Shown here: positions 20,893-28,868 of the stretch, one piece after another
How the letters are laid out: every line of letters begins with the position of its first letter
Position numbering within the stretch: the first letter of the stretch is position 1
Source of the DNA: Bacteroidota bacterium
GTDB lineage: Bacteria > Bacteroidota > Bacteroidia > Cytophagales > Cyclobacteriaceae
Length of the DNA stretch: 64,000 nt
Direction: 5' to 3'
Assembly: GCA_023417065.1 (NCBI GenBank)
Contig: JAEZGH010000209.1
Coordinates: 279-64,278, forward strand
Made by a program: the position numbers and the translations under genes
Notes under the pieces: generated by a model
Databases searched by the model: none
Told to the model about the DNA's origin: nothing
The model's input: the letters and a program-made list of their open reading frames with translations, nothing else

Positions 20893-20914
20893 TTGTATTC
20901 AGGATTTTCGACTG

Positions 20915-21484
20915 TTACACTTTCACGTGGCTCCAGTTCTCACCAGTCTTGATTCTGTGAATCTGCATATCAGAGACTTTGAACATTTTTGCGAGCGCTT
21001 TGAGTGTCGGTTGTTTTTTCGATTTAAACAAAGCAAGTTTGATTTTCTTCACCTTATCGGCGGTGAGTTTCGGGCCTTCATCCGGGTTCATGCGGACCAC
21101 TACATTTGGGTCTTTCTTAGCGTGCTCAATTTGTTCTTCGTGCTTGACCCACTTGAGGTTTGATGCCTTGTTATTGTGCTTCTTGTGATCGAGGTGAATA
21201 ACGAAGGCGTTCTTCGGACTTCCCTGGCGGCAGAAGTACTCGGCCACCAATCTATGTATATAGTAATTCTGGCGGGTTTCTTCCCTTCCTATCGTGATGC
21301 TTGGGTAGCCTTGAGTCAGTCGGGGTTTCAGGATGTATCCGTCTTCCATTTTATCTTTGAAGCTGATGATACGTCCCTTATCTGAGACGGCGTACCGCTT
21401 GGTCGTGGTTCCCTTCTTGAGATCGAGTTCCTTCCATTTTTCGCCTGCGAGGAACTTAACTTTAGATGTTTTGGATTTTGCCAT
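20915..21484 (-). CDS. NUMOD4 / HNH-endonuclease-like / C-terminal HTH protein
   Basis: EKWKE..YAVSDKGRI (NUMOD4), HRLVAEYF..VIHLDHKKHNNKASNLKW (HNH_3-like), KLTADKVKKIK..LAKMFKVSDMQIHRIKTGENW (HTH). Confidence 0.85.
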   Translation of the reverse strand: MAKSKTSKVKFLAGEKWKELDLKKGTTTKRYAVSDKGRIISFKDKMEDGYILKPRLTQGYPSITIGREETRQNYYIHRLVAEYFCRQGSPKNAFVIHLDHKKHNNKASNLKWVKHEEQIEHAKKDPNVVVRMNPDEGPKLTADKVKKIKLALFKSKKQPTLKALAKMFKVSDMQIHRIKTGENWSHVKV

Positions 21485-21504
21485 ATTTATTTAAAAAGGT
21501 AAGG

Positions 21505-22076
21505 TTAAGGTCTTGAGGGAGTATTGTTATCGGATCCAGCGATAGCGGTATCATATCTTTCGTAGAAGTCGTTTCGCGAGAAATCAATGTTCAAATTCCC
21601 ACTACCTGAGCCTGCCCCGGCCCTCATATAATCGCCCCCAATTGCCTCACACCACAACCCGCGTTGTATGCTGATTTGAGAAAGGTGCCGCTTCAACATA
21701 ACATTAAGCTCTAACGATATAATCTCAACCGCTGGCACAGTTCCGGGATGGACAGGGTCAGGATTACGTGCTATGGAATAAATTACGGATAAAAATTCCT
21801 AACGGCCAAGCATTTGTGCAAAAAGCTGCTGGTTTGAGGTTTAAATCTATCTTATTCACAGGCAACTTGAGGGGTACAGGCCGATTTTTCACGCAGCCAG
21901 TATGTTCAGCCAGACGCTGCCGGATACCGTATAGGGCAGTAGTTGCCTGTCAGGGTCCGTGTCAGACCCTGTTACAGAGGCGTGGACCGATGCCGTCCAT
22001 AAGCCTGCATAGAGATGCGTGGCAGGCTTGGCGCTACGGCGTCAAGCCTCATGGACGGAGCGTTGCTGCGGACGCT
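21505..22076 (+). ncRNA. Candidate structured non-coding RNA (unassigned family), ~570 nt
   Basis: No credible ORF; many nested helices seen by eye, with G-U pairs favouring the + strand (see findings). Confidence 0.4.
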
Positions 22077-22425
22077 AGCGGATCACCAGGTAGACGTTGT
22101 CTTCGAGTTCAATATAAGCCTTGTTATAGCAATAGTAACGCCGTAGTCCATCCTTGTCGATATCACAGCTGGTGAAGTGCCCGAAGTCAAAGCCCTGAAG
22201 TCTTAATTCGGTGGCGTGAATGGGTTTCTTCGCCGATGCCGGGTACTCGCAGAGGATACGCCAGTTTTTTCTGAGGATGGCGTTGATGCGTTTTACGTAC
22301 GTGTACTCCTCTGGGCGGGCCCGGTGGAAATACGTGCTTCGGCATTGATCGGAGCAAAACTTTTTGTCAGCGCGTCCGCGGATGCTGGTCCCGCACTCCT
22401 GGCAGGTTTTTTCGATAGTAGTCAT
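22075..22425 (-). CDS. Zn-ribbon (DUF2116-like) protein divergent from ssb
   Basis: CQECGTSIRGRADKKFCSDQCR (CxxC...CxxxC), INAILRKNWRIL, GFDFGHFT and YYCY. Confidence 0.82.
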   Translation of the reverse strand: MTTIEKTCQECGTSIRGRADKKFCSDQCRSTYFHRARPEEYTYVKRINAILRKNWRILCEYPASAKKPIHATELRLQGFDFGHFTSCDIDKDGLRRYYCYNKAYIELEDNVYLVIR

Positions 22426-22459
22426 GTTAGTACAACGGTTTTAGTTAGCTATCTGTAAG

Positions 22460-22510
22460 TAAACGTTTAGATACGTCTATAAACGTTTAGTATACGACTA
22501 ATAAGACTTA
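22460..22510. repeat. ~10-bp periodic direct repeats in the divergent promoter
   Basis: TAAACGTTTAG twice (20 nt apart) with degenerate ATACGTCTAT, ATACGACTAA and ATAAGACTTA units. Confidence 0.7.
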
Positions 22511-22584
22511 TCGGGGTGATATTTGAATCATCAGTCGCGACTTAAACTTAAAAAAAAATATTAATTCAAAACAACACGAATACC

Positions 22585-22926
22585 ATGGCTAGTTTAAGAA
22601 ACAGCGTTCAACTGATAGGACGCCTGGGCAAGGACCCCGAGATTAAAACGTTTGAGAAGAGCAAAATGAAAGTTGCTAGTGTTACACTCGCGACGAACGA
22701 GACGTACACAAATCACAAGGGCGAGAAAGTAGAGGATACGCAATGGCACAATCTGGTATTATGGGGCAGGCTTGCAACTCTTGTGTCGAATTATCTGAAG
22801 AAGGGTAGTGAAATTGCCATTGAGGGGAAACTTGTGCACCGAAGTTACGAAACCGCAAACGGCGAAAAACGATATATAACGGAGATCAATGTGAATGACC
22901 TGGTCATGCTCAGAGGCAAGCAGTAG
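22585..22926 (+). CDS. ssb: Single-stranded DNA-binding protein (short form lacking the acidic tail)
   Basis: NSVQLIGRLGKDPE, LATNE, TQWHNLV, LKKGSEIAIEGKL and YITEI; no DDLPF C-terminus. Confidence 0.93.
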   Translation: MASLRNSVQLIGRLGKDPEIKTFEKSKMKVASVTLATNETYTNHKGEKVEDTQWHNLVLWGRLATLVSNYLKKGSEIAIEGKLVHRSYETANGEKRYITEINVNDLVMLRGKQ

Positions 22927-23680
22927 GGCTTGTTTGAATCCAGGTTAATCGCATGGTTCAGATATTGGCGCGAGCCGCCCTTGATGTGCATGCATCGTCC
23001 AGTGTTCCTGTTGTGCTCTGCTGGTGATACCTGCCTCCCCGGGAAAATATCCTTCAGAGAGAGACTACTGGAGTGGGAGTGATGTATCCGGTTGCACATT
23101 TCAAGGTGGTCATCAAGGGTGTATGGGTAGCGCTTCACCTGGTCTGGGAACTACGTCGGTATATCGTTCCGCTATCGAACATCCCCGACGTTTTTCCTAA
23201 GTGAAAATAAACACTGTGCAAACACAAAAATGACATAATGAGATTGAATAAAATGTTAGAAAATAATAAACCAAAAAACATTCGGTAGTGAATGGCCTCG
23301 CAGGCATCGCAAGCTGGTTAATCGTACATTGACATACGGGTCAATTTGGCTACGAACGTAAATAAGACAACGACAACGAAAGGTTAAAAACAAACGGATA
23401 CACGACCACGCTTGGGGTGTAGTACGAGGTTGGGCGAACTTCCATTCTGACTTCAGATATCAGAATTCTCTGTGGCTCCTGTTTACATTACAACACGAGG
23501 GGCGACATTTCGGAGACTGCACATCGACGCTTGTCGAGGTATTCGCTACTGAATTTCTGTTAAAGGTTTTCGGGGTAACTACGCCAGTGGGTCCGGGAGT
23601 GGGCCCCTGGCTAGCACCCCTTCTGATTGACTAGACTTATCTTTAACGCGGGTTGCCACCTTCGCTACGCGTCAAATAAA
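22927..23680 (+). ncRNA. Candidate large structured non-coding RNA (unassigned family), ~750 nt
   Basis: No credible ORF; ~28-bp long-range helix, 130-nt rod, several hairpins and A-rich linkers; G-U pairs favour the + strand. Confidence 0.5.
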
Positions 23681-23685
23681 AGCCA

Positions 23686-24248
23686 TCACCTCGGAGATAG
23701 TTCTGTGGGCTCGGCGATCGAAATGTTCATCGGGATACCTTCTTTTGCTTGGTCGATAATCAGACGATCACTGGGAATGGTAGCTTGCAGCGCACGATAA
23801 GCATCAGGGCTGAGACCAACCCGCTCAGAATAGATCTCATAGTATGCTGCCTGCGACTCGTCAAGCACTTCCATAAATGCCGCGTGCGACGTGCCGCGAT
23901 CGGCCTTTATAGAAACAATGGCTGCCTTCAGGTTTTCCGATAAATGTTAGGCTCCGAGTCGTTGTTCAAAATAAATTCTTTGATGCTTGCACGCAGTCCG
24001 TCCAGACTGGTGGTTCGTTCACCACGAATTAACAGTTCATCCATGGAGTTGATCTGAATTTTGAAAAGGTTTCGCTCGTTAACCGGGTGTTCGACAGAAA
24101 TATCCCGCCATTCGGGTAGGGTCATGGTCAGCCCTTTTTCGTTGTTGATTACAGTGGTCATCAGGAAAAAGGTCAGAAGAAGAAACGCAATGTCGGCGAC
24201 CGAACTGGTGTTCAACTCTGCCGGTCTTATCTTGGTATGATAGGCCAT
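23686..24248 (-). pseudogene. exbD: ExbD/TolR-family biopolymer transporter, frameshifted near 23945
   Basis: ELNTSSVADIAFLLLTFFLMTT N-terminus; C-terminal LSENLKAAIVSIKADRGTSHAAFMEVLDE...ISIAEP continues in another frame. Confidence 0.8.
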
Positions 24249-24362
24249 AAAATTTCAGGTTTCACTCCTAATCGTTTCACAATCAAAAAGTCACAGGGCC
24301 GTTTATCAAATTGTAGCTCCACCAGCTACTGATTCGGCAATTAAGAATTAACTTTAACGCTG

Positions 24363-26360
24363 ATGACTTTTTTACATCCATCATTTTTCTGGGCACTGGG
24401 CGTACTGGCCGTTCCGATTATCATCCACCTTTTCAATTTCCGGAAAACCCGTCGCGTATATTTTTCAAATAACCGGTTCCTGAAAAAGGTCAAGGAGAAC
24501 ACCACGGCAAAGCGAAAACTGAAGCATTACCTTATTCTCGCGTCGCGGCTGCTGTTTTTGTTTTTTCTCGTCATTGCATTCTGCCAACCTATTCTGCCAG
24601 CCCGTGAAGAACAGGTGAACCACCAGAATGTTGTGTTCTACCTCGACAACTCGCAAAGTATGTCGGCGCCGATCAGCGACCGCACCCGAGGTCTGGATGC
24701 CGGGATTGCATTTATCTCGCAAATCGTTGAGACGTTTCCTGTCGATGCCCGATATAGACTGGTTACAAACGACTTTGCCCCATATTCGAATACTTTCAAA
24801 ACCAAAACCGAAATACAGGAGTTGATGTCGCAAATCCGGTTGTCGCCGGTGAGTCGTACCATTGATGAAGTGAAGCAGCGAATGCTGCGCGACCCGGGAT
24901 CGGGTGAGCAGGAGATATTCTGGATATCTGATTTCCAGAAAAGTACTGCCGGAATCCCCAATCCGTCAAACACGGATTCGATTTTCAGCTGGCATCTGGT
25001 CCCTATAACTTTTGATAACCTCGCCAACGTATTTGTCGATACCGTCTATCTTGAGAATCCCCTTGCATCCAGCGGTGAACGCAATGTGTTGCGCGTCAAG
25101 GTTCGCAACGACGGCAAACAAAACGTCGATCAGCTAAACGTGAAGCTGAATCTCAATGGCATTCAGGCAGGTGCCACCAACGTGCGTGTGCCGGCCGGAG
25201 GTTTGAGCGAAGCAGCGTTTGATCTTACAACCCGGCTTGACGGACTGAACAGAGCAAGTGTTTCATTCAACGACTATCCGGTGAGCTTTGACAATGAATT
25301 CTTTTTCAGTTTGAACTATCGCGACAAGATCCGCGTGATTGAGATAAAGAATTCCGATGCCGTAACGCCAATAGAACGCGTTTATGGTAATCGTGAAATA
25401 TTCACATTCCGCAGTTCGCCCGTTTCGAACTTCAATTACAGTACCCTGGCTGAAGCCGACCTCGTCGTAGTAAACAGTCTGGATCATATCGACGACCCGC
25501 TGCAGCTGGCTCTTCGCGAATATCTCAACAGGAATGGTGTAGTATTCGTAATTCCGGGTAAGAATCCCGATGAAGGCAGCCTGAAGACCTTCCTTCAGCT
25601 TCCGGTTTTCAGCCGCGTTTCGGCACGCGCTACACAAGACCTGGAAAGGCCGGAGTTCACTAATCCATTTTTTGAAAACGTTTTTGAAGAGCAATCCAAC
25701 TTTATGGTGATGCCAAAGGCACTGCCCGTAATAGATTGGGGGGCTGACCGGTCTGCAATCCTGCGGTTCAAGAACGATAAACCTTTCTTGAGCCGTTTTT
25801 CCGGACAAGGAACGCTGTTTGTGCTTGCTTCACCCCTTGAAGCAGGTTATACGGACTTTTACAACCACGCGCTTTTTGTTCCGGTGATGTACCGGATGGC
25901 AACTACCAGTAAGCGTAATGAACAGCGACTTTATTATCAATTGCGGGAAAGTTTGTTGACGCTCAGATTGGATTCACTTGCCGACGACGAACAGATCAAA
26001 CTGGTCAACGATGAGGAAATAATTCCAGGTCAGCGTCGGATTGGTCGGCAGGTGGTGCTCGATATTCCACGGCATACGGTCAAGGCCGGCTTCTATCGTG
26101 TAGTGGCTGCGTCTGACACGGTTGACTTGCTGGCATTTAATCCGGATCGCAGCGAATCGTTGATGGCTCAGCTTGATCAGCAGGAAATCGCGTCTTTTTT
26201 CGGCGGAGGAAACATCAGGTTCTTCGAATCTGATGATACGGAATCGTTCGGCGATGAGATAAGGGAGCGATATCTGGGAACGCCACTCTGGAAGTATGCG
26301 ATCCTGCTGGCGTTGCTGTTTCTCGCTGCCGAAGTTTTGTTGATTCGATTCATGAAATAA
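24363..26360 (+). CDS. BatA N-terminal domain / vWA-like membrane protein
   Basis: VPIIIHLFNFRK..FSNNRFL BatA motif, YLDNSQSM, ISDFQ and C-terminal LWKY TM. Confidence 0.85.
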   Translation: MTFLHPSFFWALGVLAVPIIIHLFNFRKTRRVYFSNNRFLKKVKENTTAKRKLKHYLILASRLLFLFFLVIAFCQPILPAREEQVNHQNVVFYLDNSQSMSAPISDRTRGLDAGIAFISQIVETFPVDARYRLVTNDFAPYSNTFKTKTEIQELMSQIRLSPVSRTIDEVKQRMLRDPGSGEQEIFWISDFQKSTAGIPNPSNTDSIFSWHLVPITFDNLANVFVDTVYLENPLASSGERNVLRVKVRNDGKQNVDQLNVKLNLNGIQAGATNVRVPAGGLSEAAFDLTTRLDGLNRASVSFNDYPVSFDNEFFFSLNYRDKIRVIEIKNSDAVTPIERVYGNREIFTFRSSPVSNFNYSTLAEADLVVVNSLDHIDDPLQLALREYLNRNGVVFVIPGKNPDEGSLKTFLQLPVFSRVSARATQDLERPEFTNPFFENVFEEQSNFMVMPKALPVIDWGADRSAILRFKNDKPFLSRFSGQGTLFVLASPLEAGYTDFYNHALFVPVMYRMATTSKRNEQRLYYQLRESLLTLRLDSLADDEQIKLVNDEEIIPGQRRIGRQVVLDIPRHTVKAGFYRVVAASDTVDLLAFNPDRSESLMAQLDQQEIASFFGGGNIRFFESDDTESFGDEIRERYLGTPLWKYAILLALLFLAAEVLLIRFMK

Positions 26361-26527
26361 TTGGAAGTCAAAGCCATAATACACGGCGACCGCGCTCACC
26401 TGCGTATAACCAGGTCCAGGAAACAGTATCAAACTGTATTCTTTAGTCGAATTTCTCCCATCGAAGCCTATTTTCTTTGTAAACTCGCACCAGTTAGACG
26501 GCAGTTCTGTAACCGTAACCTGATCGA

Positions 26528-27793
26528 ATGAAAGTTTTAATCCAAGGCGCACGAATTATTGATCCCAGCTCTGAATGGAACGGTAAGGAGGCCAACGTAC
26601 TGATAAGTAACGGCCGGATCCAGGAGATTGGGGAAAAGAACTTCTCTCACGACAAGCTCATCAAGGCGAAAGGGATGATCCTTTCGCAGGGATGGTTCGA
26701 CCTCGGGACGTCCATTCCTGATCCGGGTTTCGAGCACAAGGAAGATATAAACAGCGGAACAGAAGCCGCCATGCGCGGTGGGTTTACGGAACTGGCAGTG
26801 CTGCCAAATACCTTGCCATCCATCCAGACAAAAAATGAAATAAGTTATGTTACCGGCGGGAATTCAAACCGTCTTGTTCAGGTTCATGCCCTTGCGGCGG
26901 TGACCAGGCAATGCAAAGGGGAGGAGCTCACCGAGATGATTGATCTGCATCACGCCGGTGCGGTCGCATTTACCGATGGACTGAAAACGATCTGGCACAC
27001 CGATATCCTGCTGAAATCGCTGCAGTATCTGCAAAAGTTTGGGGGACTTCTGATAGATCATCCGGAAGATATCTGGCTAAACATGTTTGGGCAGATGCAC
27101 GAGGGGGTGAACAGTACCATGCTGGGATTGAAGGGATTGCCGCGGATTGCCGAAGATATTATCGTTACACGGAATCTTGAATTGCTTGGATACGCCGGTG
27201 GTCGACTCCACTTTGCGCGAATGTCCTCCGGCAAAGCCTTCGATCTGATTCGTGCGGCGAAGAAAAAATTAAACGTGACTTGCGACATCGCGGCATATCA
27301 GTCGCTGTTTGATGATGCCAGCGTGCACAGCTTTGACTCCAACTTCAAGGTGAACCCCCCTTTCCGCGAAAAAGCTGATAACGACGCTATTATCAAGGCC
27401 CTGAAGGACGGTACGATTGACGTCATTTGCTCCGCCCACGTGCCGCAGGATGAAGAGTCGAAGAAGACGGAGTTCGACGCTGCCGAATATGGAATAATCA
27501 ACCTGCAGACCTTTGGCGCAAACCTGGCTGCGTTGTCGAAGGTGGTGGATTATGAAGTTCTGCTCCCAAAAGTAACCTCAGGCCCCAGGAAACTGCTGGG
27601 ACTTGATGTACATGTCCTTGAGCCAGGTGCGCCGGCAAATCTGACGCTGTTTCATCCAGCGTTGAAATGGCAACTTGACGAGAAGACCAACTATTCCAAG
27701 TCGCGTAACTCACCCTGGTGGGGCAAAGAGCTTGAAGGCAAGGCGGTTGCTGTTTTTAATCGGGGGCAGATCTGGATTGATCCGGCGTTATGA
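26528..27793 (+). CDS. pyrC: Dihydroorotase (multifunctional-complex type)
   Basis: DPGFEHKED, GGFT..PNT, KVNPP and TIDVICSAHVP; several metal-binding His residues look substituted. Confidence 0.8.
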   Translation: MKVLIQGARIIDPSSEWNGKEANVLISNGRIQEIGEKNFSHDKLIKAKGMILSQGWFDLGTSIPDPGFEHKEDINSGTEAAMRGGFTELAVLPNTLPSIQTKNEISYVTGGNSNRLVQVHALAAVTRQCKGEELTEMIDLHHAGAVAFTDGLKTIWHTDILLKSLQYLQKFGGLLIDHPEDIWLNMFGQMHEGVNSTMLGLKGLPRIAEDIIVTRNLELLGYAGGRLHFARMSSGKAFDLIRAAKKKLNVTCDIAAYQSLFDDASVHSFDSNFKVNPPFREKADNDAIIKALKDGTIDVICSAHVPQDEESKKTEFDAAEYGIINLQTFGANLAALSKVVDYEVLLPKVTSGPRKLLGLDVHVLEPGAPANLTLFHPALKWQLDEKTNYSKSRNSPWWGKELEGKAVAVFNRGQIWIDPAL

Positions 27794-28326
27794 AAGGATC
27801 CACACTTTTAAGAGTTTCCATTCGAAATGGATTAATTGCCGGATTGCTGTCGGCCGTTGTTCTGGTGGTGTTGTATTATATCGGCCGCCATCCTTTTCTG
27901 ATTGCTCCTTTTTTTGATTTCAGGATACTCCTCTTCGGAGTTTTCATATTCTTTTCCCTAAAAGAGTTTCGCGACTTTCATCAGGATGGGCTGTTGTATT
28001 TCTGGCAGGGTTTGTTCGGAAGTTTTATCGTGGTTGTAGTAGCGTCCAGTATTGCAGGCTTGGGCCTTTGGATTTTCGGGACGCTGGAACTGGATTTTGT
28101 GCCGGACTATGTTCGGGAGATGACGGCTTACCTGCAGAAGTTTACGGACGAGGATTTGGAGCGGGCACGGATAGGAAAAGAGACTTACGAGCGTAATTTG
28201 GCGGAATTACCTGCGACCAACATTACGACGCTGGTGATAACGCATTTTGCTCAGGGCATGATGATAGGTTTTTTCATCAGTTTAATCTTATCTGTTATAT
28301 TAAGAAAAACTAACCAACCCCACTAA
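27790..28326 (+). CDS. DUF4199-like membrane protein
   Basis: 4 TM helices, KEFRDFHQDGLLYFWQG pattern. Confidence 0.7.
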   Translation: MKGSTLLRVSIRNGLIAGLLSAVVLVVLYYIGRHPFLIAPFFDFRILLFGVFIFFSLKEFRDFHQDGLLYFWQGLFGSFIVVVVASSIAGLGLWIFGTLELDFVPDYVREMTAYLQKFTDEDLERARIGKETYERNLAELPATNITTLVITHFAQGMMIGFFISLILSVILRKTNQPH

Positions 28327-28328
28327 TT

Positions 28329-28862
28329 ATGGAAAATGATCAAATTGAATCAACGGTTACTACACGCTCTGCAGGAGTTCGCTATGGACTAATTGGCGGA
28401 ATTGTGTCAATCGCCTGGTTTTTGGTGATGAGCGTCGCCGGACTCGACAGCCAGGGACCCGCACAATATTTAGGCTGGGTTTTGATAATTGTCTTTATCG
28501 TTTTGGCTCAAAAGTACTTCAAAGATAATGGTGACGGTTATATGTCTTATGGCCAGGGAATAGGAATTGCCTTTTGGTATGCGCTGGTGTCAAGCGTGAT
28601 CAGTTCCGTCTTTGTGTTCATCTATATCAGTTTTATCGACTCCGGCTACCTGGATGCAATAAAAGACAAGCAACTGGAAGCGCTCGAAAAGCAGGGAATG
28701 TCCGAAGCTCAGATCGAGCAGGCGATGCAGATCACGTCGTCTTTTATGAGCCCGGGGATGATGCTTGTGATGGGGCTGTTTGGTGGCATCGTACTTTCTG
28801 TCATATTCGCACTTATCATAACCATTTTCACGCAGAAGAATAGCCCGGAGAGGGGGATATAA
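28329..28862 (+). CDS. DUF4199 membrane protein
   Basis: KYFKDNGDGYMSYGQGIG and GMSEAQIEQA patterns. Confidence 0.78.
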   Translation: MENDQIESTVTTRSAGVRYGLIGGIVSIAWFLVMSVAGLDSQGPAQYLGWVLIIVFIVLAQKYFKDNGDGYMSYGQGIGIAFWYALVSSVISSVFVFIYISFIDSGYLDAIKDKQLEALEKQGMSEAQIEQAMQITSSFMSPGMMLVMGLFGGIVLSVIFALIITIFTQKNSPERGI

Positions 28863-28868
28863 ACGTAA

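Noticed and set aside
20915..22076. IscB/HEARO (OMEGA) system
   Set aside because: Protein is 189 aa with NUMOD4-HNH-HTH and lacks PLMP and RuvC motifs; G-U polarity puts the RNA on the opposite strand
21768..22175. 135-aa + strand ORF (and 21505..21738 -, 22845..23138 -) in the structured regions
   Set aside because: No recognisable motifs, odd Arg/Cys/Pro-rich composition, and two of the three overlap real genes; treated as spurious
22460..22510. CRISPR array
   Set aside because: Units are ~10 bp without unique 30-40 bp spacers; no cas genes in the window
22927..23680. Retron msr-msd, group I/II intron, tmRNA or RNase P identity
   Set aside because: No reverse transcriptase nearby; no GTGCG/domain V, no properly ordered P7 R/S elements, no tRNA-like ends, no GAGGAAAGTCC
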